From Cycas panzhihuaensis (lineage: Eukaryota; Plantae; Cycadophyta), in contig CM041465.1 in assembly GCA_023213395.1 (NCBI GenBank), positions 195,493,741 through 195,557,740 of the forward strand: 64,000 nt of DNA, read 5' to 3'. A program made the position numbers and the translations under genes. The notes under the pieces were generated by a model. That model worked only from the letters and a program-made list of their open reading frames with translations, made no database searches and was not told the origin of the DNA. This document shows, in pieces, positions 12,441 through 24,193 of the stretch (position 1 is its first letter; each line of letters opens with the position of its first letter).

Positions 12441-15400
12441 ATTGTTAGAAGATGCCATGTACCACCTCCTTCCATCATCGGATTCTAATTTGATAATGGA
12501 AGGATATCTTTTAGATTGGGCATACCATGTCTTTGCTTTTAGAGCTCATGAGTTCCCCACATATTTTCCCATGCTCCACCCAAGAGGGTGATGATCCTAT
12601 CTACTATCTGGGTGATCAACAACACCCACTTGATGTCCATCCCTCTACTCATGAAGTAGAGGGTCTGTCTTCTCTTGAGATTCATCACCCAGGTGGTGAT
12701 TCTTACGAGGAGCGCCCTGAGGGGTCCACTTCATTTGAGGTCCCATCTACCTCTTACGATTAAGTGGATACCCCTCCCATCGATGTGGTTGAAGCCCTTA
12801 ACAAGTGCTTTCATGTTGCTCACTTTCAACCACGTCCTAGGTGGTTTGAAGATGCCTTGTGTGGTGGGGCACCTTCCTCATCTGCGCCTACCCCACCGTC
12901 TTCATCCACATCTATACCTCCTACAACAAGTAACCCATTTGTATCAACGCATCTGTCCCGTCCAAATCTAACATCCACTTTGGGGATGTCCATTGTGCTT
13001 CCTACTTCTCTTTATGGTCCCCAACTCTTCTGGGACCTCTCGCGGTGTGGCTTTCTCCCAACATGGGGTCAGCATGCCTCTCCCAAGCCAAGTAAATACG
13101 CCACCTCCAAACGTGACACACATATTTCCTATTAGACCTAAGGGTCCTGTTTATACCTCTACCTCTAGTCATGTGGGACCTGTTTCCACATGCACCCAGA
13201 CTCGGTCTAGTGGTCCTTCTCTTTACGTACCCCCAGGTTATACATCTCAGCCTTGGGGGCATGGTAAAAGGAACCATATTCCTATTTATGGAGTGGACCC
13301 TTTACACCCATATGGGGTGGCACCACCCATGGCTGGCCCATATGGGCAGAACCTGGTCCCTCACCCCTCGTTTCCACCATCTTGTATAGCTCCTTACGCC
13401 TCGCCTTTGCAAGGAAGCCCAACTTCTTTTCGAGGCACTTATCCTCAAGTCCCTTTTCAAAAAGGGGCATTTCCTCAAGGAGGGATGGGCCTTCCACCCC
13501 CATCTGCTCCTTGTTCATTACCTTCTTCGTCTTCTCTCGATCTTATGATCTAGGCGAGGGCACGTCCCTTTATGGATTATAGATCGACACCCTTGTCTAT
13601 CGAGGTGCTAAGGACAAACTTACTGCCTCATCCCCCTGAAGTTCCCAAGTTCGATGGAACTTCATCACAGGATCCAGTAGAGCATGTCCATACTTTCTCT
13701 ATGGCATGCATAGACTACTGGATCTACGATCACATATTAATGAAACTATTTCCATGATCTCTTCAAGGCGATGTCCTCAAATGGTTCTATTGCATACCTG
13801 CCCATTCTATCTACTCATTCCATCAACTCGTGGATAAGTTCATCAACTATTTTGATGTGGCTTGTCCACTTGAGAGTGGAATGAAATCTCTCATCTCGCT
13901 TAAACAAGGTCATGATGAGATGAATCATGACTTTGTGTGACGATTCCATGACCTCCTCCATTCAACCAAGGCTACTTTGCCTGAGGAATTGAAGAGGGAT
14001 ATCTTTGTCAATGCACTCTACCTTGAAGTCCATGTGGAAGTCCTTAAGATGGGGGCAACCGCCTGTGATTCTGCTATTGCGAAGTGCTTGGCACTTGAAG
14101 CTATTAATCCAACCTGGACTCAAGAATCCCCTTAAGCCCTCACAGTGACGTGAGGCACCTCCCCCAACCAAAGAAACTAAACCTCAACAATCCACTAGGT
14201 CTTCTTCCCACTCAACCAAGAAGACCCTAAACCCACTTACCTCCGCCATACGTTCATTCGAACGTATGATGAAGGAACTTAAACTTCAAGCTCCTTCGTC
14301 GCCCACATCCAACAAACTAATCTAACAAGCTTCCCATGTCGCTCCTCCCAAGGGCAGCAACACTCAGTCCTCTCAGGCAAGGAAAACCATTCCTCGCTTG
14401 AGAAGAAGTGGTTCTCTATTCATGGAGAATGCTTCCATGACGATTCTCGTTGTCAGGTTCAACATTCTAGGGATGTCTCGCAATGTGACTCATCTCCCAA
14501 ATGGGCCTCAAGGCCCAACCTTGACCAACCGGTCCATAGAGATCCGTTCCCCAAGCATGGGGAACACGATCACAACTCTCAACCGAAGAACAACTGGAAC
14601 GAGGGGAGATCGTCGAATCCACGCCCTTCACATGGTAAAGGGAAGGGCTCGCAGGGTTCGTCTTCTTCCTCGCGTTCCCCAAACTATCGTACCCCCTCAC
14701 CTTCGTAGTCCAGGAATAAGGGAAAGAAGGTGATCTAGATGCTTGAGGCCATCCCTCTATATGCCTTGACTCGGTCTCAAGCCACCAAAGAGGTAACCAA
14801 CACCTCTTCGTCTGTTCCATATCCTGATCCTCTTCCAGAAACCTCCCTTCCAGAAGTCCCTTTACTTTCTAAAACCGTTCTCATTTATCTAGCTCGTTAT
14901 GACTTCATGAGAGCCCTTCCCCAACCTACGGTGAAGGGGAAGTTCTTTTCTGTTATCAGTGAGCTTTGTGCCGTGGCCGCCAGGATGTCCATTATGGACA
15001 TCTTGAGAAGTCATCCTGAACAGCGGACACTCCTTTTTAGAAGCTTTAGGATTGGGTGATGCGCCAGTTCACGCTTTGGGTATTACCTAAAGTTGTGAGC
15101 CCGTCATTTCTTTCGATCCTAAAGACCTTCTTTCTGCTTGTGAAAGGGAGTGCCAGTGGAATTTCCCTTTCACCATTACTATCGATACACCTGATTGAAC
15201 TTTGCGAAGAACCCTTGTCGACAATGGTTCTTCTGTTTATGCCATGCCCTTGCGCGTCATACAAGAGCTCGACATTTCTGCCTTCGAACATGTTCCATGG
15301 CAATGTCAAGGCTACGATTGTCTTCGCCGATATTGTAGTCCTCGATGTAGACGTCGACTGCAATCTCTTTTTGGGTTGACTATGGCTTGATCAAATGGGG

Positions 15401-16534
15401 GCCGTGTGTTCAACCCATTGGAGGCAACTCAAGTTCGTCCATGATGGGCAAATGAGGGTTGTTTCTCGCGAACTCCCACCTACTAAACAATCCTGTCAAA
15501 CCAACCAAGTGAGCCATGGTCGTGTGAAGGGGGATAAAGGCTCTTCTACCCATGCCTCGGCTTGTTCTATCAGCATTCCCGATTCATCTCATTCGGAAGG
15601 AGATCCTGGATCTTCTTCCTTGAGCCTTACCCGTTTCACTCCTATTGGTGTTGGAAGTTATGGGTACCTTACCATATTTAGCGACGACGAGCCACATGGT
15701 GAGGATGAGGACCTTCCTCACCCTGTTTCCTTCCTTCGCACTAGTAGGAGACACTCTTTTTATTCTAGGTCCCAACCTAGAACCCCTCTCCTTGGAGAGA
15801 CCGATCACCCCCTTGTATCACATGTTATTGCTTGCATCGATCTACTGATCCTTGACTCTTCCTCTTCATCACCTCCTACGGGTGATGAATCCAGGGAACT
15901 TCCTTTTGCCCCTTACGAGGGGCCCTTTTTCGACTCTTCCTTAGAGTCTCTTGGGGATGTTGGGCAGCCTGTCGACCACCACTGTCTCGTTGCTCCCACT
16001 TCCTCTCGTGCCTCGTCTATTCGAAGTAAGGTCATCCACGGGGTGGATTACTTTGAAGACGATGAGGCTCTACTTGAGCACTTAGCGGGCTCTGCGCTCA
16101 ACCTTCCTTCTGGTCACCATAGACTTGGCCACCAGAAGGTCTTAGTAATTAGGTCCACTCTTGCTAACCTAATCCCATCTCATGTTCCGTCTCCTCCCGT
16201 TGACCTTCACCCCCTTCATTTCAAGGAGGGGAATGCCATGTGCATGGGGGCAACCCAGGACATAATCCTCGCCTCAGGTAAGGTCATTAAGGTGAGGGCT
16301 GAATGTTCTGTTGATGAGATAAGGGAATACTCCCTTTTGTTCCAGGAGTTTTGAGATGTTTTTGCATGGAACTATTCTGACATGAAGGGAATCGACCCCT
16401 CCATTGTTACCCACAACCTTATCATATTCCCTGGCACTCGCCCCATGCGCCAAAAGTAACATCTACTACACCCCAATCTCTCAGCCACCGTCAAAATGGA
16501 GGTTGAGAAACTCCTAAACAATGCTATGAAATGA
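12441..16534 (+). pseudogene. Tat-like Gag-protease polyprotein with truncated RT N-terminus, copy 1
   Basis: Pro/Ser-rich N-terminus. Retrotrans_gag VPKFDG...DPVEHV..F...LMKLFP (13572-13757). Knuckle remnant ~14400-14455. Protease RTLVDNGSSVYAMP (~15210-15245). RT start DVFAWNYSDMKGIDPSIVTHNL...EVEKLLNNAMK* ending at TGA 16532-16534. Confidence 0.88.
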
Positions 16535-17224
16535 GCCTAAACTACCATTCTAAGTGTGTTCCCATTCTTCCTAACCACAGGCGGGATGGCGCCTTAGGGT
16601 GGCTTTCATGTTCCTTTCGGGTTTCTCCTGTGGAACCCCTTTTGTTCCCCCTTCCTTTAGGGACCTTATCTTCCTGCTTGGACATTTCCCCCAAGTAGTA
16701 CGATGTGTTGGAGTGTCATTACTCCCTTATCATTTGCTCTTCCTTTGTATATTCTGCTATGCTCCTTTATAAACATGTGTGCTGCCTTATCTCCTAGCCT
16801 CACGTGCCTCTATCACCGCTGCTCATGGTGATCGTGTGTGCCTCTACTACGAATATGGCCCTACGTGAAAGGAAGTATGTATAACTCAAACAAATATCAT
16901 AGCACAAATATCATACAATAATCAACTTGAAATATCATCAACCATACCCTCGTGCATCTGTGCACCCCTATACACAAACATGGACACATAAATATACATC
17001 ATCCGTCACATGTTATGATATACACATCATACATCAAATGGGGTATCATTCCCCCCGTCGATATATATAAAATAATCATCATGTGTCATATCATACAACT
17101 AGTATGGTGCATCATCCGTGGGAAGCTGGAATCCTTGCAGGGAGTAGTACAGTCATGTGGTAATACATGGTGACTCCTTGGAGGTCTGTACTTTCCCTAT
17201 CTAAACCAAAATCCCTACACTCTA

Positions 17225-19135
17225 CTCTACTATTGCCCCGCCCTTGGGGCGTCATCTCTTGGCCTGTGTGATCCCTGTCCTGGGGACCATATACCTCCTA
17301 GGCTCCTCCTGCGCCTCTGGGAGCTCCCCACCTCGCTCCCCTTGTCTCATGGCCTCATAGGGGTCGTCGTTGCCATATATGTGTATGTCCTGCTCCGCAA
17401 TAATCTTGAGGCCACCTCATCCACCGGCTAATCATATCGAGCCTAGATATGATCTCGACCTTCCTCTACTCTTTGGAGCCTCTCCTCCATCCCCCGGAGA
17501 CACCTCCATCACTGCCATCTGGATGTGGCTCTCGGCATCCCCTCTCGCTCCTCCCTAGGCCTCCAGCACCTGTACTTGACCTCGTAGGGCATCCCTCCCA
17601 GCCAGGATCTCATCCAGCTCTGCCTGTAAGCATCCCACACGTGCCTTGTGCTCCCAAGACTCTACGATCCAAGCATCCCTCACCCTCACCAATCAGACGA
17701 ATGTTACCGTGTGGGCACCTCCCGATCTGGGCTCATCTCCTGCCTAGATGGGAGGTTGCCCCCCAGCGTAAACTCGGGAAACATCTCCTGACCGCCTCTA
17801 CCAGTCACTCTATCTCTGTTATACCTACAAATCCAACATGTCACATGTCAGTATGTGTCCATGTACATGCCAAACTAAAATTAAACAACATCCGACGATC
17901 GAAAGATGATAGGAGAAGGCAGTGTCTTACCTAGTGCGACTATTGGATCCTCGACTTGGACGATAACCTTTGCCCCAAGCATTCCACCAGCTACAGGTAC
18001 CTCCTCCTCTTCTGGTACCTCCTCAGCCACCGCCTCAGCAACTAGGGTGTCCCTCATCTCCTCTAATGGTGTTGCCACCTCTCCGAATCTCTTGACAATC
18101 TGTAGCCTCCGGGCTTAGGTCACTAGGCCCCTACTCTCCTCTGCAGCTCTTGAAGGGCCCTCCTCTCCTCCTACAGTCCCCGAAGGGCTTGCCTATCCTC
18201 CTGCAGTCCTTGATAGACCTGCACCTCCTCCTGTGGCTCCTGACGGGCCTATCCCATCACCATCGTCTCCTGGGGCAACTCCTACTCCACTGCCTCGTCG
18301 TCACTGTCCCACCTCACCACTCGATATGGGTTAGATATGAAATCTGCCATGGTGAGGAGGTCTAGTTATATGACCTCCACTGAGCGACGGACATGTGCCT
18401 GGTCCTCGATCCCTCTGAACCTAATCTACCACCTGTGTACCATCGGGGCCCACTCTGAAATGGGGTGTGGTCCCCCTACCGGTGCCACCACTCCAAAGTG
18501 ATAAAAAAAATAACATTATAGAAGGGTGATGTATGATAGACCACCCTTCCCTTCCACCCGAATAGTATCCAACTGGGTGACGAGGTTCACCACTATGAGG
18601 GTAGCCCAATCTAGTCTCTCTCCTACCTCGCAACTCCTCACAACATCCATCCACCCGCCAAGAATGACTTGATAGTTCTATTTCCAAGATATTCGGAACA
18701 GAATGCACAATGTGATCAACTTCCTCATACGAGGAACTCCTGACATCACCATACTCTGTAGACGGACACCTCTCCTCTCCCATATGTCCGAGCCCTTGAA
18801 GTACACGGCTGTCTCCCTATGTGCTACCTCATTGCTAGGCAGCGCTCCTAGCGATGTTAGCCTCCATGTCGGCAACACTCCCAATATCCTCCTAATATTC
18901 CTAACGTGACTATCATGTCTCCTACCTGGGATAGATGGAGCACGTGCCTCTATCTTTCCCAGTGTGAGACTATGTCCACTAGAAGCCTCTGATCCGACGT
19001 ATACTGGGGTGTCCTTGTGACCCTCAGCAGGCCATACCTAACCAAAACCTGTCTATCGTCATGGGATATCATCTCAATAAAACTCAGCATAACCATGCTG
19101 ATATTCTTATAGTTGTCCACCGCGATCACTGCCTG
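17225..19135 (-). pseudogene. Antisense Plant Mobile Domain (PMD) gene with acidic and coiled-coil C-terminus, intron-containing, copy 1
   Basis: Joined frames read LLVDIVSHWER*RHVLHLSQVGDMIVTL/NIRRILGVLP ... LDWATLIVVNLVTQLD...GGLSYITLL*CYFFYHF ... LDLLTMADFISNPY, matching PMD hallmarks (W...HTFHLP.GEMT.TLED...LG; LLQ.W..EH; LD.LT..D....PY). GT-AG intron 17825-17930 with sites conserved in copy 2. Ends approximate. Confidence 0.8.
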
Positions 19136-20356
19136 CAAAACACCATAAAACTAGTCAGGATCCAGCTCATACTCATCTCTCTGTCCTCTCGGCTATCCCT
19201 CGGCCTTGTTCGGTCCAGATTTGGGGGCCCTTGGGCCCCTTTCTTTATTTTTCATTAGGTCTGCCTTCGCACTGCACCAAACTTTGCAGTACCGCAGAGT
19301 TTGGCATGGGTCCCGCGATGATCGAGGCCCTACGATCTTTACCGCGGTGCGAATGTCACCCCCCCAAAATGGGGGGTTTTTTGCCCAAAATTTCCTAAAA
19401 GGGGGGGTTTTCTGCTCAAAATTTCTCAAATTTTTGCCTAGGTGAGCCACTCTCAGGCTCACTGGGACCAGGGCTGCCTAATGCCCCAGTCCCGCCTCTC
19501 TCTGGGTCCAGTTTGGACTCTGGGAGATTGCTTCTGGCCTTTAGGAGGCCCAAAATTACACCAAAAAACACTAAAAAGTGATAAATTTTAAATGGTGAGA
19601 CGGGTTTGGGTTTTGATGATCCATTCACTGGATCTGGTCGTGTCATCGCCATCTCGTCGTCCTCGTCTCAGCGGTTGTCTCCTCATCTCGATCCAACGAT
19701 CGAATCTCCTCCGCGTGTCTCCAAAGTTGGGTGGCACTCCACTGCGTAAGGAAAGGGCTCTAAATTTGTTTGTAAGCTCGTGAAAATGAATCCTATTTTC
19801 ATTGATTTTCCTTATATAGATGAGGGCCCCTACGAGCACTTTCCCTATTTTTGCTTTTGAGATAGCCCTTGAGATCATCTCTTATCCCCAATCATCATTG
19901 CCTTCTAGCCTTGTTTTTCATTGTGCCTCCTTAGCCCCCGTTTTTCTCATCCCTTCAGGTACATTTATGGCACTATGCCAACTCATTTTTGCCAAGGCCC
20001 TTCTGTCTGATTTTACGTGCCACTCCCGTGCATGCCCAAGTTTATACTCGTTTGGCTCGTTTCGCCATCCTGGATTCATTTTTGTAGTCTGTTTGTGCCC
20101 CTAGGGTCTCCAAAGGGAGCGCTCCCTCCGATCGAGATCGCTCTTTGCTTTCTTAAGCAACCTTTGGCACCCCAAGGTGGCCTTCTCACTGCCCGCTCTC
20201 TGCTAGTGGTCAGATAGTCTGCTCCTGTCCTTGGGTAGCCTCATTGTTGCGTCCTCCTACCCTTTGCGACCAGCATTGCTAGCCATACGAACCTCTTTTC
20301 TTTGACTCCAACTCTATTATATATTTTCTCTACCGAGATACTTTCTTTTCTCATCC

Positions 20357-20779
20357 ATGACTCTCTTCATCTTCACCGATGGCGGAAGTCGCGGTAATCC
20401 TGGACTCTCCACCGCCGCGTGGATTCTTCGCGACCCTTTTGGATATGATTTCCTATATTCTGGAATCTTCCTCCCTAAGGCCACCAATAATGAAGCTGAG
20501 TACACGACTGTTATTGAAGCTCTCACCGATGCACTCCGTTTTTACCACGGATCCATTGTTCCTCTTTGCGGCTCTTAGGTGGTGGTGTCCCATCTCACCC
20601 AAGTTTACTATGTGTGATGCCCACGCTTAAGAGCCCTTGCTATGACCGCTAGGTCCCTATTAGCTTGTTTTCAGTCTGTCGACATCCGACACATCCCTCG
20701 GGCCCTCAATGTTGAGGCAGACATCCTCATTTGCCTCATCCTTGAGTGTCGCCTTCCCCTTCTAATTGACTGCCCTTGA
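20357..20779 (+). pseudogene. Stand-alone archaeal-type RNase H (aRH / RNase HI-like), 140 codons with two internal stops
   Basis: MTLFIFTDGGSRGNPG...ATNNEAEY...LCGS*VVV...HIPRALNVEAD; same frame from ATG 20357 to TGA 20777-20779. Third catalytic Asp replaced by Gly. Confidence 0.9.
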
Positions 20780-21101
20780 GAGGCTTCCATGGTCGCCCTG
20801 TCACCCAAGTCTCAGGCCGTCTTGAATTTCTTTTTGTGATCCGTTTGAACCTCCAAAAGCTAGCAGCTAATGAGGTTAAACTATGACGACCATCACGTTT
20901 GCTCGTTTACTCTTTCTCTTGTCATCATCACACCTTCTCTTTGCACTCTCACGATGGAGGCATCCCCCTCATCCGTCATGGCTTCCAGTCAATTCTTGAG
21001 TGGCACATAGGTAGCCCCTATGTTATCTCTACCCCTGTCCTCATATCCACGTGTTCTACCACGACACTCATCAGCGCCCTTACCTCTTGTTGTAATCATG
21101 A

Positions 21102-21104
<3 letters not shown>

Positions 21105-21138
<34 letters not shown>
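21105..21138. repeat. (AT)n microsatellite
   Basis: About 17 uninterrupted AT units. Confidence 0.95.
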
Positions 21139-21144
<6 letters not shown>

Positions 21145-21212
21145 GTGCTACTGACAGTTTTGTTGCCAGCATTCGCCATCGCACCATGCTTCCGAGCTGT
21201 GAGGTTCTGCTG

Positions 21213-21224
21213 CCAAGGGGGCAG
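21213..21224 (+). promoter_or_regulatory. Polypurine tract of the Tat-like element
   Basis: ccaagggggcag immediately before the TG that starts LTR2. Confidence 0.7.
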
Positions 21225-23992
21225 TGTTTCTCAGCTACCAGTAATGGATATGGACAGATCGACTCAGGTAAGCGTAGGTATCCTTCTTCCTTCTCACCTT
21301 TATTATTTCTTTGGAAAGGTAGATAGAAGCATTGCCTCATTACATGATTGACTGCCACATTTGAGTGATCGCCTTACATCTATTACTTGATCATGCTACT
21401 TGTCATACTTTTATCTTATGATGATCCGCGGGACCTACCTTTCTGCAAGGTAGGCATACCCATGGCACTCTATGACCCTCTACGCCACCTCCACGTCACC
21501 TCAGGCCTCACTCAACTTATATGACCCACTCAAACTTGGATCTTGTGTCCTCTCCATAGCATTTCTAGGAATCCTAGCTCTTGATGTCTCATTTGGTCTA
21601 GCCCACATGTCAGCCGGACTGTCCCTAGCCACCTGGACAGAAGGGTTGGCCCCTCCTAGGCCTATCACATCTCTTTTTAGGGCTCCCAGAACCTTGTCCA
21701 TTGTTATTTTAACATTCTGGTCTCGCATCACTGTAAACTAAGCGATACTGTGAAATTTACCGCCATGGCAATTCTTGCTTTTTTCACAGAATTGCCACGT
21801 GGATAAGTGACCAACTCAGCCCTACCCGCACCCTAATCACTCGATTAGGGTTAGGATGGGTATATATCCTGAAAAGAACCTCATTTCACGTCTTATTAGC
21901 TCTCAAACAACACGTTCAACTATGGTAATTCTACTCTCTTCCTCGTCTCCTTCATAGGTACGCCTGCAACACTACGTTTTCTGCCATTCCAGACCAGGAT
22001 CCTGTCACATGGCAAGAAACTCTCCTCCAAGCATTTTCAAGCAAGATCTCCTCGTTTCTCCTTCAGCTTTCACCCAACAAGTGCCTTCCACAGCTCTACT
22101 TTAGGAAATACCCTGCAAACCTTGTAGGACCTGCTCTCTTCCACTGGTTGCAGGGGTAGATCTGCCCTTAACTCAGCCCAGCATGTATCCCTTACTTCAT
22201 TTTTATGGTTCAACACATACTTACTCTATTAGAGTTTGTTCAAAAGTATATATTTCTTCCTTTTTTTGTCCTTTGGCTGTAAAAAGGATTGCTCTTTCTT
22301 GTGTTTGGCTTTAAATACCTCAATTTCCTTCCCTTCTCCACTGGTTTTCTTCAAGAAAGTTATGGGAGAGGGTTTACAAGGATCGAGTGAAAGGAGTAAG
22401 GTGGGATCCATCCCATTTAGACCTACGCCCCAAGGGCAAACCCCTTCCTATCCTTCCTCTCTTGCACCCATGCTTTCCTTAAGCTAACTAGGAGTGGGTG
22501 GAATCTAAGCCTGCGTTAGATATCAGCATACACGGCCCTTTCTATGCTAGTTCCAGGCCTGCACGCTCTCCCTTTGGGCCCTCTCTATGCCCCTGACATT
22601 GTCCAGAACCCATTCGGACCCTTGGCAATGTTTGCATGGCGATTCGCTGCCCATAGCGACTCCACTACTTAGGCATCTCTCTTACGTCCCACAACATTTA
22701 TCCTCATGCTTGTTTGCTGCTCATAGGCTATCATATAACCTTCATCTTGTTGTATTTTGAGGTTGTGTGGAGATCCATTTGTGGAGGGTTTTGCCATCCT
22801 AACGCTACCCCTTCCTTCTTGCTTGGTATGCATGGTCTTTCTTTGAGGAGGGTAGAATTGCTTTTAGCAGTAGTTTTACTAATTTAAGATACAAAATTTT
22901 AGCATTTATATTATATCTTTGCCTATATAATATCTTGCATCTTGGCAACCCCTTCTTGGAAGGGAAAACCCCTTGTGGTTGTAGGTTTGAATCAATGTTC
23001 GTGAAGGGAAAGAATGTATGACTCCGGGTAAGTCTTCACCCTTCTTTCCTCTTCTATTTTATTCGCTTCTTTGTATGTTTGTTAGCTTTCTTTGCTTTTT
23101 CCCGCTCCATTTTGTCCTTTATACGAGGAAGGTAAGGAAGCCCTTATTTTTCACTCCAACTTTGGTTACACACCAACTAAAGGTGAGAGGGCGTATGTTG
23201 CATGAAAATGAGGTTCTCCGTCAACTTCTACACTTCCCAGGTACGCATCGTCTCTCTCCTTCCACCTCATTCCTTTTCATGCTCTTATCAAGTATCTATT
23301 ACATTTGTTTGATAAGTCACACAAAGGTAAAAAGGGTAATAAACTAACTACTTACATTTGCTTTGCATAAGCGTGTTGTGTGCTTGTTTTTATAGGAAAA
23401 TGACATAATAGGAACTGCAACCCTCCCCCATTTTCCTACCTAGTCTGAAAACACCCTTAGTTGCATTTCACTTAGCTTGCATGCTTGAATGCACATAAGA
23501 CACTTATTCCTTTTTTTCCTCTTGGTCTTTTGTCATTGAAAAGAACAAAGAGAGAGGGAGAGTAGCTCTTAGTCACCCTTTTTCCCATTCGTTTCCTTGG
23601 TTAGATTTGCCTTACGCTAATTAGTCTAAGGGAAGCCTATCCACACTTGTCTTAGGCCCTTTGCCTATAGTCCTTTGTCTTACGTTCCTTCGCTATAGGA
23701 ACCCCTCCTCTGAGGGTCTCTCCTCCTCCTTTCTGGCCATCCAAGGGTGGGAGGACCTTACCCTTTGGGACTATCCAAGGTACCCCTGTGTATCTCTCCT
23801 CTCGGAATCGAAAGTGAAAGCTACTTCAAGGAAGTTGGGCACCACCCACGGGTCCCAAACTCGTGCTCCGGTGCACGAATGCCGTGTGTGGTGTTCTTTT
23901 CTGCTTATAGGTTTCCGCCCATACCCCAGCATTAGCTGTTGACCATCTCAATTCCTACTAAGCGTAGTGACCATCCCATAAATGTGATTCCA
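21225..23992 (+). repeat. LTR2 of the Tat-like tandem (shared central LTR; 3' end approximate)
   Basis: Homologous to 9438-12237; preceded by a PPT and followed by a PBS. Confidence 0.72.
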
Positions 23993-24193
23993 CTGGCAAC
24001 CATACTGGGGACCTACTAGTAAGGGAGCTAGTTCCTATCTCTTCTTGTTGATGCTACTACCTCTTAATAGCTTTCTCCCTTTTGTCCCTTTCGTTGGGCA
24101 GCCCCTAGCACATACCTTGTATTCTTCTTTCTCTTCTAACACATTGACGAGTTTTGTATGCGACGCTTCTCACGTCGCCTATGAGGTTTGCCC

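Noticed and set aside
15395-16354. 319-aa ORF as an independent gene
   Set aside because: It is the protease-RT linker portion of the Gag-PR polyprotein.
17225-19135. Host MAIN/MAIL-like gene
   Set aside because: It is inside the retroelement, duplicated with it, and has stops and frameshifts; no gene symbol assigned.
20357-20779. Bacterial or archaeal rnhA acquired by recent horizontal transfer or contamination
   Set aside because: It lies between the PBS and PPT of a Tat-like element, a clade known to carry archaeal-type RNase H, and it is decayed like its surroundings.
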